Source of the DNA: Synechococcales cyanobacterium VAR_4_metabat_354
GTDB lineage: Bacteria > Cyanobacteriota > Cyanobacteriia > Cyanobacteriales > Chamaesiphonaceae
Length of the DNA stretch: 64,000 nt
Direction of reading: 5' to 3'
Assembly (NCBI GenBank): GCA_031414775.1
Contig: JANOQI010000054.1
Coordinates: 32,001 to 96,000, forward strand
Shown one piece after another: positions 42,886 through 50,497 of the stretch; position 1 is the stretch's first letter; each line of letters opens with the position of its first letter. The notes under the pieces are model-generated. The model saw only the letters and a program-made list of their open reading frames with translations. It was not told the origin of the DNA and made no database searches. The position numbers and the translations under genes were made by a program.

Positions 42886-43482
42886 ACGGTTTACACACGC
42901 CCTCTTGCCACGCTGATCGAAAAACTGCAACGCTTGCCCGGAATTGGCCCTAAGTCTGCCCAGCGGTTGGCACTTTATTTACTAAAACGCCCAGAAACTG
43001 AAATTACCGAATTAGCCCAGGCTCTAATTGCTGCCAAACAGCAGGTGGGTCTTTGCCAAAATTGCTTTCATCTATCGGCGGAGCCGATTTGTCATATTTG
43101 TCGTCATCCCCAGCGCGATAGCCATACGATCTGTGTGGTGTCCGATTCACGCGATGTCATTGCCCTCGAAAAAACCCGAGAATACAGCGGCCAGTATCAT
43201 GTTTTAGGGGGTACTATTTCGCCAATGGATGGCATTGGCCCGAAACAGTTAACCATCCAACCCTTGGTGCGCCGTATTCATGAGCAGCAAGTCACAGAAG
43301 TGATTATTGCGGTTAGTCCAACGATCGAAGGAGAAACTACCACCCTTTATCTGGGGCGATTATTGCAACCACTGACCAAAGTGACTCGAATTGCGTTTGG
43401 CTTACCAATGGGTGGCGACCTAGAATATGCCGATGAAGTAACTTTGGTGAGAGCCTTAGAAGGTCGCCGGGAATTTGAGTAG
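42886..43482 (+). CDS. recR: Recombination mediator RecR (start uncertain: ACG 42886 or TTG 42859)
   Basis: [11 protein letters not shown]hH motif, C4 zinc finger (CQNC...CHIC), YHVLGG..SP.DG, EGETT and GGDLEYAD motifs. Confidence 0.93.
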   Translation, partial: TVYTRPLATLIEKLQRLPGIGPKSAQRLALYLLKRPETEITELAQALIAAKQQVGLCQNCFHLSAEPICHICRHPQRDSHTICVVSDSRDVIALEKTREYSGQYHVLGGTISPMDGIGPKQLTIQPLVRRIHEQQVTEVIIAVSPTIEGETTTLYLGRLLQPLTKVTRIAFGLPMGGDLEYADEVTLVRALEGRREFE

Positions 43483-44136
43483 CTACATCAGTTTTTTCTT
43501 TAGTAACATCACCAGTTGTGCTAACTGCTTCTTCAAGGTGGTGATTTCGCTATCCATATCTTGAATCTGAGATTGGAGATCCTCAATTTCACTGCTGCTA
43601 GCCTTCCGAAATAGACTAAGCTGATTCATTAACTCTTGAGCCGATTGGGTAGTAGAATTTTCCATTTCTAGCATCCGCTCTTGCAGTGCTTCGATTTCAG
43701 GAGTCGCGTCATATTCCATGTTGGCAGCAACAGGAATCGGAGGAGCTTGAGGCCGGACTTTCTTGGCCTTGGCCATCGCATCTTTAATAGCTTGGGCTAG
43801 GCTAATTCTGTCAAAAGGTTTTTCAACAAATTCAAAATATTCAAAAGGCTCAGAGATTTTGTTGGTAACTTCTTCTCGCCGACCAGACATTAAAACCAAA
43901 GGAATTTTTTGCAATTCTGGATGGGACTGAATTTGCTGAAAAACTTCCCAGCCACTCATTTTAGGCAAAATGAAGTCTAGCATAATCAAATTTGGGCGAT
44001 GCTCTTTGACCAGGTTAATCCCTTCAATCCCATCTTTAGCTTCGATCACCTCAAAATCGCCTTCGGGTAACATGTCTTTGACAGTTTTGCGAATAACTCG
44101 ACTATCATCAATTACTAAAATTTTGCTATTAGCCAC
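43483..44136 (-). CDS. Response regulator (receiver domain + coiled-coil tail)
   Basis: VIDDS, IMLDFILP (phospho-Asp), LMSG and EKPF; heptad-rich C-terminus; no HTH. Confidence 0.88.
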   Translation of the reverse strand: MANSKILVIDDSRVIRKTVKDMLPEGDFEVIEAKDGIEGINLVKEHRPNLIMLDFILPKMSGWEVFQQIQSHPELQKIPLVLMSGRREEVTNKISEPFEYFEFVEKPFDRISLAQAIKDAMAKAKKVRPQAPPIPVAANMEYDATPEIEALQERMLEMENSTTQSAQELMNQLSLFRKASSSEIEDLQSQIQDMDSEITTLKKQLAQLVMLLKKKLM

Positions 44137-44441
44137 GACTTACTCCTGCGATATTTAGTGTTATGGGTGTAAATCTTACTCATCAGTATTTAATTCTAAA
44201 TGATGGGTATTTACTAGTAAGATTATTTTTAGTGAGATATGCCAGAAAAAGGATATCTTGGTGCTTGCCCATAATACAGTTCGGATAAGCTATTCTATCC
44301 TACTTGCTGTACTGGCTGCGATTCTGTCACTCTCTAAAGATTATGTTACCCATTTTTTCAGACGAAATTGGTGAGAGCTTGAAAAACCTCTGTTTTGCAC
44401 ATATCCTCTAGGTGTATGTAATAGATGGTGACCAAGCAGAC

Positions 44442-45368
44442 ATGAGTAGTTTTGATTCTTCTGACTCAACATCTATAGCTTCTACCGCAGAATGGAAATC
44501 GAATGTCCGTTCATTACCACCCTGGCTACGCCGATCGATCGGCAGTGCTAGCGAAATTTCTACTGTCCAACAAATTATTAAACAGCGTCAAATTCATACT
44601 ATCTGTGAGGAAGGACGTTGTCCGAATCGGGCGGAGTGCTACAGCCAAAAAACCGCGACTTTTCTGCTGATGGGACCGACCTGCACCCGTAGCTGTGGTT
44701 TTTGCCAAGTGGATAAGGGTCATGCCCCGATGCCTTTAGACCCCCAGGAGCCAGCTAAAGTCGCTGAAGCGGTGCAACTCTTAGGATTACGCTATGTAGT
44801 ACTCACCGCCGTGGCCAGAGATGATTTAGCTGATGGTGGAGCTGGTTGGTTTGTTCAGACTATGCAGGCTATTCGATCGATCGACCCAACTATTCAAATA
44901 GAAGTACTCACCCCGGATTTCTGGAGCGGTAAAGAAGCTGAGACCCTTCAGTATCAACGAGTTGCTACCATTGTTGAAGCGATTCCGGTTTGTTATAACC
45001 ATAATATTGAGACGGTCTCGCGCCTCCAAGATCGGGTGCGGCGGGGGGCTAAATATGACCGTTCTTTAGCTGTGTTGCGTTACGTCAAAGAATGCAATTC
45101 CCAGATTCCCACCAAATCGGGGCTTATGTTAGGTCATGGCGAGACTAGAGCCGAGATTTTAGCAGCTCTAGCAGATCTGCGGGCGGTGGGATGCGATCGA
45201 GTGACTCTCGGCCAATATATGCAGCCTTCTCTCGAACATTTACCGGTGATCAAGTACTGGACTCCAGCTGAATTTGATGAATTAGGTCAAGTTGCCACAT
45301 CTTTGGGCTTTAACCACGTTCGATCGGGCCCATTAGTCCGCAGCTCTTACCATGCGGGTGAGGTTTAA
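44442..45368 (+). CDS. lipA: Lipoyl synthase
   Basis: [20 protein letters not shown] and RSSYHA motifs. Confidence 0.95.
   Translation: MSSFDSSDSTSIASTAEWKSNVRSLPPWLRRSIGSASEISTVQQIIKQRQIHTICEEGRCPNRAECYSQKTATFLLMGPTCTRSCGFCQVDKGHAPMPLDPQEPAKVAEAVQLLGLRYVVLTAVARDDLADGGAGWFVQTMQAIRSIDPTIQIEVLTPDFWSGKEAETLQYQRVATIVEAIPVCYNHNIETVSRLQDRVRRGAKYDRSLAVLRYVKECNSQIPTKSGLMLGHGETRAEILAALADLRAVGCDRVTLGQYMQPSLEHLPVIKYWTPAEFDELGQVATSLGFNHVRSGPLVRSSYHAGEV
45299..45355 (+). repeat. Direct repeat copy 1 (lipA 3' end)
   Basis: 55/57 nt identical to 46378-46434 by manual comparison. Confidence 0.9.
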
Positions 45369-45370
45369 AT

Positions 45371-45404
45371 AAAAAACGCCCAGGTTGAAAACTTGGGCGT
45401 TTTG
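45371..45404. terminator. Bidirectional terminator between lipA and the 45470 gene
   Basis: AAAAAACGCCCAGGT...ACTTGGGCGTTTT inverted repeat. Confidence 0.8.
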
Positions 45405-45469
45405 TCGCCGATCAATTTGGTAGTACCTTAACAACTGATAACCGATCAGAGCTGATTCTATATTCAGAC

Positions 45470-45946
45470 TTATTTAGAACCAAAGCTACCAAAGTTACCA
45501 AAGCCACCAGCACTAGTGCCACCACCTGGAACTGCGATTGCACCAGAGTTAGAGTTAGCATTAGACGAGCCAAAGCCATTGCTGCCAGCACTTGCTGAAG
45601 CAGTACCACTACCCGAAGTAGGGTTAACAGCTACGCCAGTATTTGCACCACCAGAACTAAAAACGCCAGTAGCACTAACGTTTGCTGCTGTACCAGAAAA
45701 AGTACCATTAGGATTTGCACTACTATTCGAGCCAGAAGTAGCACCAGTGTTAGAACCAGTAGCTGAACCAGTACTACTGCTGTTAGAGAGAGTACCATTA
45801 GAGCCGGGAGTACCAGAAGCACCTAAACTAGTACTTTGACCGCCCACACTAGTAGAATTTTGGCTATGGCTAGGAGTTACAGCGAGGAGTGAAGCTGCTG
45901 CCACGGTAATAGTGACTACAGCTACGGAAAATAATTTATTAGACAT
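45470..45946 (-). CDS. Secreted Gly/Ser/Ala/Thr/Asn-rich protein, paralog 1
   Basis: Sec-type signal (MSNKLF...TPSHS); low-complexity mature part collinear with 47191..47673; own promoter and terminator. Confidence 0.75.
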   Translation of the reverse strand: MSNKLFSVAVVTITVAAASLLAVTPSHSQNSTSVGGQSTSLGASGTPGSNGTLSNSSSTGSATGSNTGATSGSNSSANPNGTFSGTAANVSATGVFSSGGANTGVAVNPTSGSGTASASAGSNGFGSSNANSNSGAIAVPGGGTSAGGFGNFGSFGSK

Positions 45947-46087
45947 CGTTCAAATTCACCCTGTATTACACGAAAAATTACAACCAACTCGATAACTTGA
46001 TAGCTTTCTAGATAAAGCAAAGACATAAATAAATATCTATGTAATTTGCATTTTCGCGAGATAAGCAGTTTAATATCGAGTGACACT

Positions 46088-46115
46088 AACATATCATAGA
46101 AAATAGTGATGTCAA
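46088..46115 (-). promoter_or_regulatory. Sigma70-type promoter of paralog 1
   Basis: Minus strand reads TTGACA-N16-TATGTT with a TG extension; same architecture as 47831-47858. Confidence 0.6.
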
Positions 46116-46377
46116 TAGTTGATCAGTATTAAAAAGCACATATGGAATTAACTTAGTTATTTAATCCTGCTCTGAGTAGCCATTTCCCGAGTTAAGATTA
46201 GTTTAACTCGTGCTATTCTTCCCCTACTATTGAAAAATAGTATCATTAGTTTGACGGAAAACGAATGCACAAATTCACTGACAATATTTAGACCCCCAGG
46301 TATCAAATAAACAGACAGTGGTTTTTAGATTATTTACTAGTACTAATATATTGAAATTTAATGGATTAGATTGCCGA

Positions 46378-46434
46378 ATCTTTGAGCTTTAACCACGTTT
46401 GATCGGGCCCATTAGTCCGCAGCTCTTACCATGC
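46378..46434 (+). repeat. Direct repeat copy 2 (degenerate lipA 3'-end fragment)
   Basis: 55/57 nt identical to 45299-45355; reads [18 protein letters not shown] (CGA changed to TGA). Confidence 0.9.
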
Positions 46435-46466
46435 TGACGAAGCTTAATCCACCTTCATATGCACAC

Positions 46467-46498
46467 AAAAAACCAAGGGATAAATACACCCTTGGTTG
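46467..46498 (-). terminator. Terminator downstream of paralog 2
   Basis: AACCAAGGG...CCCTTGGTT stem preceded by an A run (U tail on the minus strand). Confidence 0.7.
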
Positions 46499-46566
46499 CT
46501 ATCTACTAGCAGTTTAGTAAATATTTTGACGAAATAGCAATTCAAACAGCTATTAATTCGTAACAA

Positions 46567-47046
46567 TTAGAATCCTGAAGTGATATTACCGTATGTCCCG
46601 GCAGCTCCACCACCACTAAGTTGCAGTCCAGGCAAGGATACTGCGTTAGTATTGGTAGCTGCAACACTGGCACCTAGTCCACCATTACCACCGGCACTGG
46701 CACCAGCGTCAGTTTTAATGCCTTCAGGACCAAATGTCACCTTGGAATCTGCTGCTCCGCTGGATTCGAGTCCGTTAGCAGTGGTAGCTTTACCATTGAG
46801 CTGGGTGCTTAGCTCAGTAGGTGTTGCGGTACTGGTGATACCAGTTGCCGCGCTGCCCGGAGCAGTGGTGACGGAGAGATTAGCACCACTAGTGGATTCG
46901 CCGCCAATGCTAGTACCGAACGAAATGGTAGAACCAATCGTAGCAGCGGATTGCAGAGGTGCTGCTTGGCTAGTAGGCACGTTGGCAAGAGTAGTGGCTA
47001 CCAAAGCAGCACCAGCTAAACTACCAAAAAATAATTTGTTAGACAT
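46567..47046 (-). CDS. Secreted Gly/Ser/Ala/Thr-rich protein, paralog 2 (divergent)
   Basis: MSNKLF...PTSQA signal; shares the A.AG.NG.G and (V/L)PG C-terminal pattern with paralogs 1 and 3; ends in Phe. Confidence 0.72.
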   Translation of the reverse strand: MSNKLFFGSLAGAALVATTLANVPTSQAAPLQSAATIGSTISFGTSIGGESTSGANLSVTTAPGSAATGITSTATPTELSTQLNGKATTANGLESSGAADSKVTFGPEGIKTDAGASAGGNGGLGASVAATNTNAVSLPGLQLSGGGAAGTYGNITSGF

Positions 47047-47092
47047 TAGTTTTGATTCCTTACATATCGCGAAAAATTACAAATACTTACGA

Positions 47093-47132
47093 ACAAAGCA
47101 CCTAGGTCTAATATCGATCCTCGGTGCTTTGT
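47093..47132. other. Intergenic stem-loop between paralogs 3 and 2
   Basis: ACAAAGCACC-TAGG...CCTC-GGTGCTTTGT inverted repeat. Confidence 0.7.
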
Positions 47133-47190
47133 CACAGACAGATTCAGTAGAAAATTAATATTTGACTACTAGATCAAAACTGGCTTCGTC

Positions 47191-47673
47191 TTAGAACGAT
47201 TGGCCTAAAGTACCAAATGAACCGCTACCAGCAGCTTGGGTACCAAAACCTGGAACTGAGATAGTACCTGTGCTACTAGCACCAAAGGTAGCACCCAGGC
47301 CATTGTTGCCAGCTTCAGCACCAGAAGAAGCAGTTGCTGCATCGGGAGCAACGCCAACGCCACTTGCAGTACTACCAAAAGCACTAAGACCAGTAGTAGA
47401 AGCTCCACCACCTGTTGCGGAACCAGCAGCGCTAGGATCGGCGTTGCTGCCGGATCCAGAGCTAGCAGCGCTGTTAAAACCAGTAGCGGCGGAGACGCTC
47501 TTACCGAAAGTAGCAGTACCGTTAGGGCCTGGAGTACCAGAAGCACCCAAAGTACCAGTTTCACCAGCAACGCCAGCAGCGCCAGGTAAAGCGTGGCTAG
47601 GAGCTACAGCCAAAAAAGAAGCGGCTGCTACAGCTACACCAGCTACACCAACGGAAAATAATTTCTTAGACAT
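47191..47673 (-). CDS. Secreted Gly/Ser/Ala/Thr-rich protein, paralog 3
   Basis: MSKKLF...APSHA signal; LGASGTPG.NGT shared with paralog 1; ends in Phe. Confidence 0.75.
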   Translation of the reverse strand: MSKKLFSVGVAGVAVAAASFLAVAPSHALPGAAGVAGETGTLGASGTPGPNGTATFGKSVSAATGFNSAASSGSGSNADPSAAGSATGGGASTTGLSAFGSTASGVGVAPDAATASSGAEAGNNGLGATFGASSTGTISVPGFGTQAAGSGSFGTLGQSF

Positions 47674-47830
47674 CGTTCAAATCCACCTTGTATTACACGA
47701 AAAATTACAACACTACTTAATACTCCACAGCCTTCTTGAGCTTTTCCAGAAACCTTGAAAAATAAACTTATTAATTTTCGCAGGACTGTATGCGTTTCAA
47801 GACGTACATAATGTAGTTATAAGTAACACC

Positions 47831-47858
47831 ATCCTAGCGTGGAAAACTGCAATGTCAA
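47831..47858 (-). promoter_or_regulatory. Sigma70-type promoter of paralog 3 (and probably paralog 2)
   Basis: Minus strand reads TTGACA-N16-TAGGAT. Confidence 0.6.
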
Positions 47859-48182
47859 TAGGTATTCAGGTATACACAATGGATTTTCTGATAATCACTG
47901 AAAAGCTTTACAAGCTTAAACTCACTGTGGGCAAAAGTTTCAGCAGTACAATTCAAGAATATAAAATAAAAATAAAGTTTGTGAAATTGCCATATATACG
48001 CTATTTAGCTTGAAATATTGAGTACAAACCTCCTGAAAAGCGGAGTTGCTTGCCTCGAAATACCATTTTGGGCTGGGCAAATATCAATAGAATCTTGTCT
48101 ATTAGTCACGTTTTTACCCGAGCGTGCTACACCTTTTTTTTCTTAGTTTGCTACATTCAGCTAAAATGGCAGTAATTTGTGA

Positions 48183-49079
48183 TTACTTAACTGTAGTATT
48201 GACAGGATTTGGTGATAGTAGTGGCATGGTGCTGTTGATCGGACTGGGTGCAAGAGTGGGTGAAGGGATGCTGTTAGTTGGTATTTTGGGAGTAAGAGCG
48301 GGAGCCGTCGCTGACTTGGCGATCGACTGAATCTGATCCTTATACTGGGCGGGAGCAATCTCGACGGCCTGACTTAACAGAGCCTGAGCTTCATTTGTGT
48401 TGCCTAGTTGTTTAAAGACAATGCCTTGTGCCAACACCGGCCGAAAATCTCGGTTATTCGCTTGAATTAGTTCGTCATAGATCGGTAGCGCATCAGCATG
48501 ACGTTGTTGACTAACATAAATTTGGGCTAGCAGCAGTTTTAACGGTGCAATATCGCCAGTTTTTCCTTTGGCTGCTTGGTCATTAATAGCTTTTTGGACA
48601 TTCCCGATCGCTGCCTCTGGCTTTTTGCCTTCTACTAATAGACTGACTAAACCTTGCAATGCCTGAATATTTTGGGGTTGGTCATTAAGAGCTTTGCGAT
48701 AGCTAGCTACGGCGGCTTCTCGATCGCCTAAATGCTGTTGAGTCTGTCCGAGTAATACTCTATATTCCGGAACTTGCGGTTTTAAGGTGGCCAGCTTTTC
48801 GAGAGGGGTGATGCTTCCTCTGAGGTCATTTAACTGCAACTTAGCCTTGATGATGGCTTCGACGGCTGCCGGATCATCGGGCTGGGCTGATAAGGCTTTT
48901 TCAGCAGCTAGTACCTGATTGCGTAGTTCAGTGACTTTGCTGGCTGGGAGTCGAGGATTACTCCAGGTGCTACTTTTCCACCAGGCGATCGCTAAAGGTG
49001 ATAACAAAGCGCCAATAGTAGTAATGACAGCAGTACCAATGACAAAATTAAGGATCGATCGACGGCGATTAGTAGACAC
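48183..49079 (-). CDS. Membrane-anchored tetratricopeptide repeat protein
   Basis: N-terminal TM segment, several TPR-like helical repeats, P/S/T-rich tail. Confidence 0.8.
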   Translation of the reverse strand: MSTNRRRSILNFVIGTAVITTIGALLSPLAIAWWKSSTWSNPRLPASKVTELRNQVLAAEKALSAQPDDPAAVEAIIKAKLQLNDLRGSITPLEKLATLKPQVPEYRVLLGQTQQHLGDREAAVASYRKALNDQPQNIQALQGLVSLLVEGKKPEAAIGNVQKAINDQAAKGKTGDIAPLKLLLAQIYVSQQRHADALPIYDELIQANNRDFRPVLAQGIVFKQLGNTNEAQALLSQAVEIAPAQYKDQIQSIAKSATAPALTPKIPTNSIPSPTLAPSPINSTMPLLSPNPVNTTVK

Positions 49080-49244
49080 AGTATCTTTACAGGTATCTTG
49101 AATTTCGCTTTAATCCTCTCACAATTTGGTCATGGTGACCGGCATCTAAAGATCAGAATTACATTCAAGATCAACAATGGCTCCGGTACCTTGCTATGAT
49201 GAACGGGGCAAAGCCAGATATCAGAACTAGTTGGGAAGAGTCTT

Positions 49245-49919
49245 GTGACCATAACCAAATTCTTTGGACCGGGTGGCATATTTGAATTAGGCGGCATTGC
49301 GATGTGGCCATTAGCACTGCTGTCAGTGCTATCGGTGGCCACTGTTTTAGAGCGCCTCTGGTTTTGGGTCAGAATTTTAAGTAAAGAAAGAGAAACCATT
49401 GACCGGGTGCTAGACGCTAGTACTGCTAATCAATGGGATCAAGCTGCCCAATTTGCCAGAAACGAGCGAGACAAGCCGATCGGCCGTTTTTTATACGCCC
49501 CTTTAAAACGCGAAAATCTCGATCCAGAATCTTTTAAATTAGCTCTAGAAGCCGAAGCCGAGGAAGAGCTACATGCTATGCGGCGGGGTGAGAAAACCCT
49601 ACAAGCAATCATTGCCTTAGCGCCGTTATTAGGACTATTAGGTACCGTTTTGGGTCTAATTCAGTCGCTTGATCGCATTAAACTCACCGATCTCGGATCG
49701 AATGTCACCTTGGGGATTAGTCAATCGTTGATTGCGACGGCGACTGGCATGGTGATCGCCATTGTCAGTTTGGCTTTTTACTGGGTCTTTCAAGGTTTGC
49801 TCTTCAATCAAATTAATTTGTTCCGGCGATCGGGTAATGAGCTAGAGCTACTCTATCGAGAAAAGTATTTACACTCTGCTCAACCACCTTCAGCAGTAGA
49901 GGAAGCTGAGTTGCTATGA
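49245..49919 (+). CDS. exbB: MotA/TolQ/ExbB proton channel family protein
   Basis: GGIAMWPL, ERL.FW, APLLGLLGTVLG and GISQSLIATATG motifs. Confidence 0.88.
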   Translation: MTITKFFGPGGIFELGGIAMWPLALLSVLSVATVLERLWFWVRILSKERETIDRVLDASTANQWDQAAQFARNERDKPIGRFLYAPLKRENLDPESFKLALEAEAEEELHAMRRGEKTLQAIIALAPLLGLLGTVLGLIQSLDRIKLTDLGSNVTLGISQSLIATATGMVIAIVSLAFYWVFQGLLFNQINLFRRSGNELELLYREKYLHSAQPPSAVEEAELL

Positions 49920-50497
49920 AAATCAAGCTCGGAAGTGATCACAACCAGACCCCGCGAGTGGAAATGATTCCGCTGATCGACATCATTTTCTGTATTTTGA
50001 CTTTCTTCTTGCTGTCAGGAATGCAAATGGCTCGTCAGCAGTCGCTTAATGTGGATATTCCCGCTGCTAAAACAGCAGAAGCGCAGACTCGGGAAATCTT
50101 GATTGTGAGCCTGGATGCTGCTGGTCAAGCTTTTATTGAACAGCAGCCGGTAACGCAGTTAGATGTGTTGCTGCAACAGATTAAAAGTTACCGGATTACC
50201 AAACCAAACAGTTCGATCGTACTTTATGCTTCCAAGCAAGTTAAATACGAGCGAGTCATTGAAGTCTTAGACTTACTCCGACAGGCCGGGGGCGATAATG
50301 TGGCACTGGCAACGGTGACAGAGCCAGCGGTTCCCAATCCCACCAGCACTCCACTTACTCCCCCAAATTCACTTGCTCCTAGCCCGCCAGTAACGGCGAT
50401 GCCGTCCCCTTTTAATGTCACGCCAACTGCCCCTAGTCCAACTCCCGCGATGACACCTTTCTCGCCTTCTTTAGCACCTAGCCCGGTACGGCGATAG
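49916..50497 (+). CDS. exbD: ExbD/TolR family protein with Pro-rich tail
   Basis: MIPLIDIIFCILTFF TM segment with the conserved Asp; start overlaps the exbB stop. Confidence 0.88.
   Translation: MKIKLGSDHNQTPRVEMIPLIDIIFCILTFFLLSGMQMARQQSLNVDIPAAKTAEAQTREILIVSLDAAGQAFIEQQPVTQLDVLLQQIKSYRITKPNSSIVLYASKQVKYERVIEVLDLLRQAGGDNVALATVTEPAVPNPTSTPLTPPNSLAPSPPVTAMPSPFNVTPTAPSPTPAMTPFSPSLAPSPVRR

Noticed and set aside
43470..43500. Convergent genes that abut or overlap (recR/response regulator; also at 22213, 50478 and 61281)
   Set aside because: Common in compact cyanobacterial genomes; no evidence of a special function.
45299..46434. Prophage or integrase-driven island
   Set aside because: Only 1.08 kb lies between the repeats, and the window has no integrase or phage genes; kept only as a recombination scar.
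45470..47673. RiPP/microcin precursor reading of the three small proteins
   Set aside because: The leaders look Sec-type rather than double-glycine or Nif11-type, and no modifying enzyme or peptidase-ABC transporter is adjacent.
45516..47758. Plus-strand ORFs 45516..45839, 46580..47158 and 47270..47758, and alternate-frame Leu/Val-rich ORFs
   Set aside because: Shadows of the Gly/Ala/Ser/Thr codon bias of the minus-strand genes; signal peptides, promoters and terminators all support the minus-strand frames.
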